Shown here in pieces: positions 48,144 to 58,270 of a stretch of DNA of 64,000 bases. Below the pieces are notes generated by a model. It did not search any database and was not told where the DNA came from. It worked only from the letters and a program-made list of their open reading frames with translations. This stretch comes from Guillardia theta CCMP2712. Lineage: Eukaryota; Protista; Cryptophyta. How positions within the stretch are numbered: the stretch's first letter is position 1; every line of letters starts with the position of its first letter. The stretch spans positions 110,225-174,224 of the forward strand of contig NW_005434555.1 in assembly GCF_000315625.1 (NCBI RefSeq). The letters are read 5' to 3'. The translations under genes and the position numbers were made by a program.

Positions 48144-49688
48144 TCAGAAAGGGCCCGTGATCTTGGTCAATCTCATCTTCAGCGATGAAGGGCGCAACGT
48201 GATCTGATGCACCGGCGTCACTGGCTCGCAAGATGGGTCAACCTTGAGGTCAAAGTTCTGTAGGATCAGGGCGATGGTCACCATGAGCTCCTTCTCCGCA
48301 AAGCCCCGTCCTACACACTGTCTGGGACCGGCTAGGAAGGCAAGCCACTTGAAAGGATTGTCCTCTGAAACACCCCTTGGGCTGTTGTCCAGCCATCGCT
48401 CTGGCCAGAAGTCATTGGGCCTTTCCCAAAGGTCAGGGTGTCTTCCGAGGACCCAGGGAGATAGTAGAACGCTGGTGCCAGAAGGCACAAAGTAGCCCCC
48501 TAGAACCGTGTCCTCCTTGCAGTACCTGGAAATGATTGGAGCTGCCGGATACAACCTCATGCTTTCTCTGCAGGTGGCAGAGAGCAGCGGCAGCTCTTTA
48601 TCTTGTAACTGTCTCATAGTAGGCGCCTTCCCCTGCAACTTTTCCCACACCTCGGATCGTAGCCGCTTACAGAATTCAGGGTTCTCAGAAAGCAGATAGA
48701 ATGTCCAGCAAAGAACATTGGCTGTTGTTTCATGCCCGGCCACCATGAAGGTCTGTACGTTGTTCATGATCTCCTGGTCCGTCAGTCGCTCCTTCTCACT
48801 CGCGCTCTGCCTCGTGTTCAGGAGGAGACTCAGGAGGTCCTTCGGAACTTTCTGTCCCTTCTCGATCAGGTGCAGCCTTTCGTCAATTACCTGCTTCACT
48901 GCATTTTGAATTGTCTTCACTGCGGAGTTCCGAATCATGTTGTCTGGGAGGGGTAAATATTCTACGAATGGGAAAAACTTCAAGATTACGTAGATTAGAC
49001 TGACCCCCGCCAAAGGGATGATGTTTCTGAACGCCTCCCTGATCTCGGAATAGTCCCCCTCCACGGCTTTGAAATCGAATCCGAATGCCGATAATCCTAT
49101 GACATCCAACGTGATAAAAGAGAACTCTTCTCGTGCATCTATCACTGGCTCTTGCCTTGTCGAACATAGCCTCTCCCATTTGCGCAGCAGCTTTTCTGTG
49201 GCTTGTACAAAGATAGGATGAATCTGAGATATGGCATCAAAGTGAAATGCCTCGCTGATGAGTTTTCTCTGCCGAACATGCTGATTTCCTTCCGCGACAA
49301 GCAGGCCATCTCCGATGGCGCGCCTGATCAAGAACAAGTCAAGCGGCATTTTAGGAAAACTATATGGTTTGCTGACAAGGATGTGCTTGATAGCCTTAGG
49401 GTCACTCACAATGACTCTGAACAAAAGACCAACCCCCCTGTAACAACAAATATTCCCAAAGTCCAATGTATAACGCATCAAGCTATCACAGACATTGCCT
49501 CTTCGATGGTGGTTGAACTGTCCGAACAACAACGATTCACTCTTGGGGCCAGGTATCCTGCTGAGTATCCAAGCCTTCCAGCAGCTGACCAAGACAAAAC
49601 GAGAGGCTCTTGCAAACATGAACGCTAGATACCATCGAAATCCTGTCCTTGCAAACGACGCAAGTCTCCCAACTGCTGCTTGGTCCAT
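48144..49688 (-). CDS. Cytochrome P450, apparently intronless
   Basis: N-terminal anchor followed by IPGP, I-helix FMVAGHETT, K-helix ESMR, PERW, and heme motif FLAGPRQCVG. First in-frame ATG at 49688. Confidence 0.95.
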   Translation of the reverse strand: MDQAAVGRLASFARTGFRWYLAFMFARASRFVLVSCWKAWILSRIPGPKSESLLFGQFNHHRRGNVCDSLMRYTLDFGNICCYRGVGLLFRVIVSDPKAIKHILVSKPYSFPKMPLDLFLIRRAIGDGLLVAEGNQHVRQRKLISEAFHFDAISQIHPIFVQATEKLLRKWERLCSTRQEPVIDAREEFSFITLDVIGLSAFGFDFKAVEGDYSEIREAFRNIIPLAGVSLIYVILKFFPFVEYLPLPDNMIRNSAVKTIQNAVKQVIDERLHLIEKGQKVPKDLLSLLLNTRQSASEKERLTDQEIMNNVQTFMVAGHETTANVLCWTFYLLSENPEFCKRLRSEVWEKLQGKAPTMRQLQDKELPLLSATCRESMRLYPAAPIISRYCKEDTVLGGYFVPSGTSVLLSPWVLGRHPDLWERPNDFWPERWLDNSPRGVSEDNPFKWLAFLAGPRQCVGRGFAEKELMVTIALILQNFDLKVDPSCEPVTPVHQITLRPSSLKMRLTKITGPF

Positions 49689-50673
49689 CCTGACAATGTT
49701 GTACAGAGGGTAGAAAGTTGGACGACAGCGCAAACCAAAGAGTGACAGCAATAGGGAGTGACAAGAAGAGGAGAGAGAAGTCAGATAGAGACCAGAGGAA
49801 GAGAGATAGGATGGAAGCAGTGGATGCTACGAGCAAACAACGAGGCAAGGGCTGAGGTGGGGACAAGGCGACTGCGACATACGCAGTCCCGTGTTGGACC
49901 TCGGTGTTTGTAAAAATAACGGGGTTGTTTTAGACGGAAATAGAGGTCCGAGGGGGGGTCGGGGTGGTCCATCAAATAATAGCCTCCATGAGTTTACTAC
50001 ACAGAAGGGAACAGAACTGACTCTAAAAAAGTCACCACCCTACCCACTGGTCCTATCAGGTGGGGTGGACAGCTCTTGTACCCCACTCACCCCTTTCTCA
50101 TCACACTATTACCCCCAATTTACACACCCAACCACCCGGTCCATTTGAGACACCGGTGCGCAGGTCCAAGTTCACTGGAAAGATTTGTCAACTTCACACC
50201 ACCCCTCGGGGACCTCTCAGTTGGCTGAAATTATTAGTTACCTCGCAACTCCGTCACTGTCACGTCACTTGACGGCGAGCCTCGGAGCCGAGTGAACTTC
50301 GGAACCGTTGAAGTTTGCACACGGGCGGTACGGCCCGGCGGCGCGGCCGGGCGGGCCCTGTGCCGGACTCGGGAGCTGCGGTGGGCCTGGCCGCGCCCGG
50401 ATGAGGGTTGGTTCTCGCTCAGCTGTACTGTCTTTTCTCCGAGTCCGAGCGTAATGCACACGGCTTGAAACCAGAATTGAGGAGCACATGAGAGATACTA
50501 CAGTACTGTAGGTGACCCGGCGGCCCACAGGCTTAGCCTCAGGCTGCCAGTGCCTGCCAGTAGCCTCGCCTCACCGCGCCGGACACTGAGGTCCGGCCCT
50601 TTCAAGTTCAAGTGGCAGGGCCCCGGCCCGACCCCGGCGGCTACCGTCTCAATCAATTACTAAAGGCGCTAGC

Positions 50674-53600
50674 ATGGGCAGCTTGCCGAAGTTGCTTGAA
50701 GACGTGAAGAAGGTTGGGGCCCACGATGGTGGGGGCCACGGTGTAGTAGTAGACATGGCCGCAGATGGTTGGTAAACATATTCTTGTCCTGCTCTGCGTC
50801 TTCTTTGATCTTGTTGAACATCTTTGAAGCCTCTCGAAATTCCATCTGTCTTTGAAAGTTGGTTGTGCAAGATATAGTGCCTTATGACGTGATCATTCTT
50901 GCATAATGTACAGTGTTGTTCACATGAACTGTCGATGATCTAGCATGCCAGGTCACTGCCGCGACGGCTCGGACGCTACCGAGAACGACGACATCTCCCA
51001 CGTAGAAGAGGAGAGGTGTGCCGAGAAGAGGCAACAGTTCGCCGCTTCCCATGATGTTCTCACAGCAGCACAACATCGGGGACGGGAGATGATGATTCGG
51101 ACGATGAGCCTTCGGTAACCCAAGCTAAGAATGCTCATCATGATTGATTGCTCGACACTGACAGGTTTCTTCCCCCGATTTCTCCCCCAGGATGGAGATG
51201 GCAGCCCACAAGGTCAGTGTTCTTCCATCACATGTCCAGTCGTATGCTCACAGTGCATGATAGCAGGAGGATGGTGGAGGTCATGAGAGTATGATGCTCT
51301 AGTCGCCTGCATCTGACTGTCTGTCCTGTCCCTGCTGCAACAGAACACTGGCCGCACGACGAGAAGAATGCAGAAATGCTTCGTACGGCTGACATTGGCG
51401 TCAAGCTCGAGCCCGCGATGACGGTACAGGAGGAGCACTGAGACGCTCTGCTCTTGTGGTGAAAGGAGGTTGTTTACTGCAGGAGGCAGGCGGCCAGACT
51501 GGGCGGGAGGAGGAGCAGGAGGAGGTCGAAAACATGGTATTGAATCGAGCTGTAAGAGCAGCCGGTCCTCCGATGGATGGCGAGGAGCCAGAGAGTCGCA
51601 GTGCTGAAGGAGGTAGGGAGGCGATGCTGCTCCTGGAGTTGCTGAGGTCGGAGGCAGGCAGGGAAGAGCATGTCCTTGAAACGTCATGGGGAATCTCCGA
51701 CATGGCTGGTATGACAACGTATGAGGGCGGGAGTGGTTGTGAATGCTTCAGCAGAGCAGAGCGACAAGTCGAGCCAGTGCAGGTGCAGGATTGCATGACT
51801 GAGACATGTACATGGAGCAGAGGAGCGGCATGCTGCTGTCTTGAACCAGGAGAACATGTTTTGTTGCGGGAACGAGCTCATGGTGGTGAGGTGGGGCAGC
51901 AAGAGAGCGTATGCGAGCAAGACCATGGCTGTAACTTATGTAGAGTAGAATTTCTGCAAGCAAGCAAACATTCTCATCTGAATACTGTATGGTTCGTCAG
52001 TGGAAGGGTCTACTGGATCTGAGCGGCATCAAGTTGTTTCAATGGACTCGCAGTAAGTAGGGTTGAGGATTAGCCTAGATGATGTAAAGTGTTCATAAAG
52101 TTCCATCTATGATGTGAAGTGTTCATAAAGATCCATCTATGATGTAAAGTGTTTAAAAAGATTCATCTATGATGTAAAGTGTTCATATCTATGATGTAAA
52201 GTGTTTAAAAAGATTCATCTATGATGTAAAGTGTTCATAAAGTTCCATCTATGATGTGAAGTGTTCATAAAGATCCATCTATGATGTGAAGTGTTCATAA
52301 AGATCCATCTATGATGTGAAGTGTTCATAAAGTTCCATCTATGATGTAAAGTGTTCATAAAGATCCATCTATGATGTAAAGTGTTTAAAAAGATTCATCT
52401 ATGATGTAAAGTGTTCATAAAGATCCATCTATGATGTGAAGTGTTCATAAAGATCCATCTATGATGTGAAGTGTTCATAAAGATCCATCTATGATGTAAA
52501 GTGTTCATAAAGTTCTTCTGCCATCTTCTCTCCCCTCTGATCAACATCCCCGCCCGCCACCTCCACAATCTCCTCCTCCCCTCCCCTCCTGTATGCCCCC
52601 GAGTAGGATCAAATCCCGTCTACTGACTATGAGATAGTTCAGTGAACCCTGAGCAGACCAGAGATGGCGGGAAGGGAGCAGGGAGCGTGGGGGGAGGAAG
52701 AGTTCTTGCAGGCGTACGCCCCGCGAGGTCGAGCAGGAGGCTCCTGCGGGGATCTGCAGAAGCTCCTGGACGAGGTCGAGGGGGTGGGGGAGAGGTGGGG
52801 GGTGACGGTGCAGTTGGAGGAGGATGCAGGTATTGTTCGGAAGTCTATGGGTGGGGATGACAGGAGGGGCAGACGAAGTAGAGCACGCAGTTGCGATTAT
52901 CAGGAAGATTTCAGATGCCTTCTCATCGTTCAAGGCGGAGAGCGAGACGACGGAGGTGCGGCAGTGAAGCTGCATGCATGCCTTCTCACGGAACCGTGGA
53001 TGGCAGAGAAGGCTGAGGGAGAGGATCGCGAGGCTCGAGGAGCAGCTCTTCCAAGTGAGACTTGCCATCCAGAGTCAGCTGCATGACGACGGCTGGGGCG
53101 CAGGCGAAGCAGAAGGAAGCAGAGCTCTCAGCGCGGTTGCACGTCATGGAGAAGTTCGCGGTCCTGCCTCATGTGGATCAGAGTGCGTCGAGCCCCCCAG
53201 CTTGCCCTGCTGCTGCCTCTGAACCTTGAGTGTCCTCATGAGCAGACGAGCTGGGAGTCGGCGCGATGATAGATGAGATGCTCAACACAGCTGAAGTGAA
53301 CTTCCGCCTCGCAAACCAGGTGAAAGCAGAGAACTAGGCTCTGCAATTCTCCCGAGGCGCGCAAGGGAGTCCTGCAGTGAGTTCGATCCCAGGTGGATCT
53401 CCTGAGGACTGCGGCTGAGGAGGCGATTCGTGCAGCAGACTACAAGGAACAGGATGGAGAAGTGCTATATCAGCTTTGGGCGGTTGTTAGCACTCACTAA
53501 CTTGTGCTGGTACAGCAGGATACGATGCACTCAATCACTGCTGTGGATGGTACTAGGGCAGAAGCGTTGGAGAACCTCTCAGCCATCGAGGAGCAGCTTT

Positions 53601-54268
53601 TGATGCTGCAGGCACTTGCTCGCAAGTGAGATGACCATGCTTTGTTGACATAGATATGTCCCAGTCTCAAATTGAAAATGACCAACTCGGACGGAGTTCG
53701 GACAACCTGTCGGATTCGTTCATGTCTAAGGTATGGAGCAGAGATCTCCAAAGATTGTTAGTGTGCGGCTATGACCTTCGATCTCCTCCCATCGCTCCTC
53801 ATCCTCATCGTAGGGTGAAAATTTGTACGAAGAGCTCAGGAAGACAAGGGCGCAGCTGGCGGAGATGCAGCTGGTCAAGGAGATATCGGTGAGCTGAAAG
53901 GAATCGGAGCCTGAACGCTCATGTCTGCTACACAGGAGCTCCACCACAAGGAGATCGAGTCCCTGAAGCTTGAGCTGCAGAAGCTTTATGATCTCTTGAA
54001 CAAGAAGATCGTCGATGACGGCAAGACGAATTCTCTGCAAGACCTGTGGAACATGTTAAAAGCAATCATGAGCGAAAACTCAAAACTCTCCCAAGACTTG
54101 CGCGACTTGCAAGCTTCCCTCACACTCAAGAAATACGAGACCGTCGTTGAAGGGCATCAAACCTCATCGCAAGCGCCTCTACAACCTGCATTTTCCTTGA
54201 GGAAGGACATTCCTGCAAGGAGCGACCACAGAATCGTCCTTGCTTCTCAGCGAGGAACAGAAAGGTGA
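50674..54268 (+). CDS. Hypothetical multi-exon protein with a coiled-coil C-terminal half (may be two genes)
   Basis: Chain of short coding-like exons (RERIARLEEQLFQ, ENLSAIEEQLLMLQ, ELHHKEIESLKLELQKLYDLL) with GT-AG boundaries; the 5' structure is uncertain. Confidence 0.45.
52079..52513. repeat. AT-rich 30-bp minisatellite, ~14-15 copies (GATGTRAAGTGTTCATAAAGWTCCATCTAT) with one truncated unit
   Basis: Head-to-tail copies in several variants (including GTTTAAAAAGATTC); no spacers. Confidence 0.95.
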
Positions 54269-55171
54269 AGGAGACAACAGGCACGTGAGGGTTATTGTTG
54301 CTCACGCTATTTGCAGGAAGTACCTGACAGTTGGGCAATTTCGCAGTGAGAATGAACGACCGACGGGCATGAAGTTGTTATAGATACTGTGCTGCCGTCC
54401 TTTGACAGGTTTTACGCAGCAGCACCTGGCATGGAAAGACGAAAGAGGACAGTCTACGATCATCGGGCTCATCGGAGGAACCAAACCTGCATGCAGAACT
54501 TTTGGCTCTCAAGATACATAATGCTGCGCTGCTGCGCCGTATGGTATGAACAACACTTTGAGACGACTCATCGTTTTTCGGCATCTATTCTGCAGTGATT
54601 ACAAATGTCCTCGTTCTTTAAGCATATGCCACGGCATTGGCATCACCGGCAGGAGCAGCGTAGTGATAGCTGCAAGAAAGGTCAAGATCCCGCCTATCGT
54701 TGCAAGAGAGCAACTCACTTGTTACCATTGTACCACTGCCAGGGCACCCTGAATTGAAAGAGTCAAAATGAGAGATCAGGAGGATGCTGAGGATGAGTAT
54801 TGAGACGAGGACGAGACGCTCACGGGTTGTAGCAAACTTTGTGATGGTAACCAGGCTGAGCGGGGCTGACTCCCGTTGTGCATCCAACCTGAAGGAAACC
54901 AATTCATCATCCTTCAACGAGATCGCATGTGCAAGTCATGATGATTGCTGCTTGTAGTTAGGTGAGTACATCAATACACTTACAAGCTCGCTAGTCTGAG
55001 TAGCAGAAGACGAGTTGTCAAACTCGAAGAGCTCGTTGGCCTTGCGGATGTCCTGAAACCTGTTGCAATAAGGGACAAGTCAGTCTCTAGTTAGCCTCCG
55101 CCCTCAAAGGCAGTCCCGTCTCAATCACGGGCCCTCGGTAGATTCAGGGTAGGCCCGACTGAGGAGCGAGA

Positions 55172-55271
55172 GAGGAGGAGGGAGAGGAGGGAGAGGAGGG
55201 AGAGGAGGGAGAGGAGGGAGAGGAGGGAGAGGAGGGAGAGGAGGGAGAGGAGGGAGAGGAGGGAGAGGAGG
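55172..55271. repeat. 9-bp purine repeat (GAGGAGGGA)n
   Basis: Directly visible. Confidence 0.9.
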
Positions 55272-55724
55272 ATATCAGGAGCCTGCAAGTCAGCAGCGCA
55301 GAGCCGCTCTGCTCACATTTTGCCTTGACTTTCCGTTTCAACGGTCGCCGGATATAGAACAGGCAAGGACTGTAAAAGAGGAAAAAAGAAAGAAAAATAA
55401 AAAAGAACAAAAAAGAACTTGATAGCTTGCTAGGAGGGGCGGTGCACTACTCGATTTTATGCAGTACTTTACTGAAGTGCCCTCAAGGTATGTCGGCGAC
55501 CTCTCGCGTGCTTCGACCTCATCCAGCTCTTCTCCTCCAGCTCTTATCTTCCTTGCCCTCCTCTCCCCGCCATTCTCCTCTTTGTCAGTATCTCTCCTCC
55601 TTATCTCCCTGTCCATCTGTTTCAGTGTATCGAGCAAATCCTTTGTACTCTTGCCACTTTATTTGATCTGTTCCTCAACTTGGTTTTCTTCATCTGGAGC
55701 TTACCTATTGTTCTGTACTTGCAG

Positions 55725-56719
55725 TCAAGATGATGGATGGTTCATGTTGAGCGTGGAGATGAAAGGAGGATTTGAGATGCCCGATGGGTGCTTTTTTGAC
55801 GAGACAACCAAAGACCAGCCTTCCATGTCCTTGTTCTTGACCAACGGGCTCGGAGCATGGAGGTTGCCTCTAACAGCGAGAGGTGGTCATTAAATTGGTT
55901 CTGTGACTTCCTCACCCAAATTTTGTTCGCCACAGAATTTCTCAGTTTGAAAGAAGACAAGGCGCCCATCAAGGAGAAGGCATGGGCTAATATTGTTTGC
56001 TGTTGTTTGACAGGGAAATGTCGAGAAGAGGATGGTAAATTCTTCATTGGGTCAAACAAGCATGAGAAGCTGGAAGAAGTCAAGATGACTGTGAATGTTC
56101 ATAAAACCAATGACGCCTCCCTGGTTGTGAGTTGGAAACAAGCCGTGGGCTTCATCACAGCCAAGTTGAGTGCTCCATTTGTCTTGAACAAACTCCCCAC
56201 TCAGGTTTTGAATGTCTTGCAAGGTTCGAATGGTGGTCTTACGATTATGTTCAGACTCCTTCTATTCATTTGATGGAAATGCTCGAATGTCAATTAGCAA
56301 AGAAGCAAGGCGAACTCAAAAGTTTGAAATCCGAAGAAGCCCAGTACAAAAGACTCATCGAAACCTTGAAAAGCGAGAAAGATTCTCTCGAGAAGAGGTC
56401 CAAACAAGACAAGAAGCAAATAGTTCGAGGGGCGGTGACAAAGCTCAACAAGCACAAGAGCGAGATCGAACAATGGCTGGAGCGCAAGTTGCCTAGGGAT
56501 GACGACTATCACACCTCGGACTCAGATTCTCCGACTGCCACCACAGCAGCAAGGCAAGACGATCAGCAACATGCCCTCCCATCCTCGATGGAGCAAGGAG
56601 CGATTGTTGTACCCGATGAGGAGCCCACATCTGCGAACGCTGACTCCACTCGAGAAGGATTACAAGCCAGGCCTCGAAAGCGCAACAAGAGAAGACAGGA
56701 GGATCAGACAAGTACCTAG
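55725..56719 (+). CDS. XRCC4: XRCC4-like non-homologous end-joining factor; first exon not located
   Basis: SLFLTNGLGAWRLPLT resembles XRCC4 VITLTDGHSAWTGTV. A head domain is followed by a coiled coil ending IVRGAVTKLNKHKSEI (cf. FILVLNEKKTKI), then a disordered tail with basic RPRKRNKRR. Two ~50-nt introns restore the frame. Confidence 0.65.
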
Positions 56720-56872
56720 GGCAGATCTTCGAGTTCGAATTCTATGAGCAGTAAATTATCTTAAAATGTACACATGTCTCCAATTAGCAGCAACAGTAAC
56801 AAATCACTCGTGCTTCCACCCAATCTTCCTGATGAGGATTCGAGGCAAGACCTGCTTTCGCTTGTTCCGCAC

Positions 56873-57957
56873 CTAGAACTTTCGGAATGACGAGTATCTC
56901 CGACGATACCAACGAGCAGGTTTGAATTGCAACGGAATATGCGCAAATCCACCCACAGGCTCGAGGTCTCCGAAGATCATTGGGTTCTCGCTTCCGAACA
57001 CACGTGCTGGTGGCAGGTTCTCTTCCTCCTGCGCCTCCTCGGGCGAAGCCTCTTCTTGCTCTGCAGGCTGAGCCTCGCCCTCCCCCTCCGCCGCCTCCTC
57101 CTCGCCTTCTGCGCTGGAATTTCCAAAGAGGTTGGACGAATATCCCTTATACACCGGAAAGATCTTTCCCCAATACTGCAGAGGATCTTCCATCTGTAAG
57201 AGAAGACAAGTCACCATACAAGGAGCACAATCTCAGTTGCAGTTTCACACTCACAGCGGGCAGCGTTTCCTTCATCTCGGGCATCGCGTACGGGTTGGGA
57301 ACGAGGCCCTTGAAAGGGTTCTTGACCCACCCAAGATCTCCGAAGGAGCTTGACGAATTGTATCCAACGCGTGCTCCTTTCACCCAGTAGGGACCAGAGT
57401 CGCCGAGAGAAAACGCTGTGTCATTCCACCAGTTGGCCATACTGGAATGATCGTGCGTGAATGCAATCTCGATGGAACGCTGACGAATCGGGGAGAAGGA
57501 GTTTGCTTTCCAGTGGTATCTTCACAATCATTTCAGTATGTTCCTGCCCAGCACTCAAGACGGATGCATGTTTACCTTGCTCCAGTGTCGCCTCCGGCCC
57601 CAGCCCCGTCCCAAGCTGGTGCTCGCAGTTCAGATCGAGGGATGTCTGCCCATACCCATTGGTTGGGCCATCCTAGATAGTACAAGCTACAGCAATCAAG
57701 TCAGACATGAGGAGCAGCAGGACAGATCAAGGGCAACATCCGAACTCTCACCCCATCAACGACGTTTGACGTCCGCGTCCTGCCATGCCGGCGAGTGCTA
57801 GCATTGCGACCACCGCCAGGACTGCAAGACTGACTGCAAGATACCGGAAGGGTCTGCTTGGCAACGATCTCCTCCTTCTGATGCTTGTCAGCAGCTCTGC
57901 ATCCTCGCAGTTCTCCATCGTCCCTGCTGCCTCCACTGCTCCATACAGCCGCACCAT
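56873..57957 (-). CDS. Hypothetical type II membrane protein with aromatic/Gly-rich and acidic segments
   Basis: MVRLYGAVE... with TM YLAVSLAVLAVVAMLALAGM; later exons in ORFs 57147..57440 and 56873..57217. Confidence 0.55.
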
Positions 57958-58270
57958 CGCGGCTCTTCGCCTACTCCGACCACATCCGAGCCGGTCAGTT
58001 AGTTCAGTTTCCCGGGCCCGGCGGGCTCGGGGCCCAACCTCAGGCCCTGTCAACGGATAGGCCCTGATCATACCCAGGCAATGCGAGAATGAAGGAGCGA
58101 AGGCCCGGGCGACCTGTCCTGCTGCTGATGCGCAGCGGGGAAAGAAGAGCGTGAGAGCTGGAGCACCTGCCCATGCAGTCTTGAAGCCTGAAGCCTGACT
58201 CAGTGACACCACTGTCATCATCACTGCTGAGCCTGAGGGTGCCAGTAAGCCTGAGCGAAGTATATCAAGC

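Noticed and set aside
52079-52513. 30-bp array as a CRISPR array
   Set aside because: No spacers; a simple tandem minisatellite.
54598-55640. Possible small minus-strand membrane-protein gene (FQDIRKANELFEF..., GILTFLAAITTLLLP)
   Set aside because: Exon-like pieces exist, but I could not find a start or a consistent splice path.
41566-56719. POT1 and XRCC4 as a DNA-end-processing cluster
   Set aside because: Over 10 kb apart with unrelated genes between; chance is sufficient.
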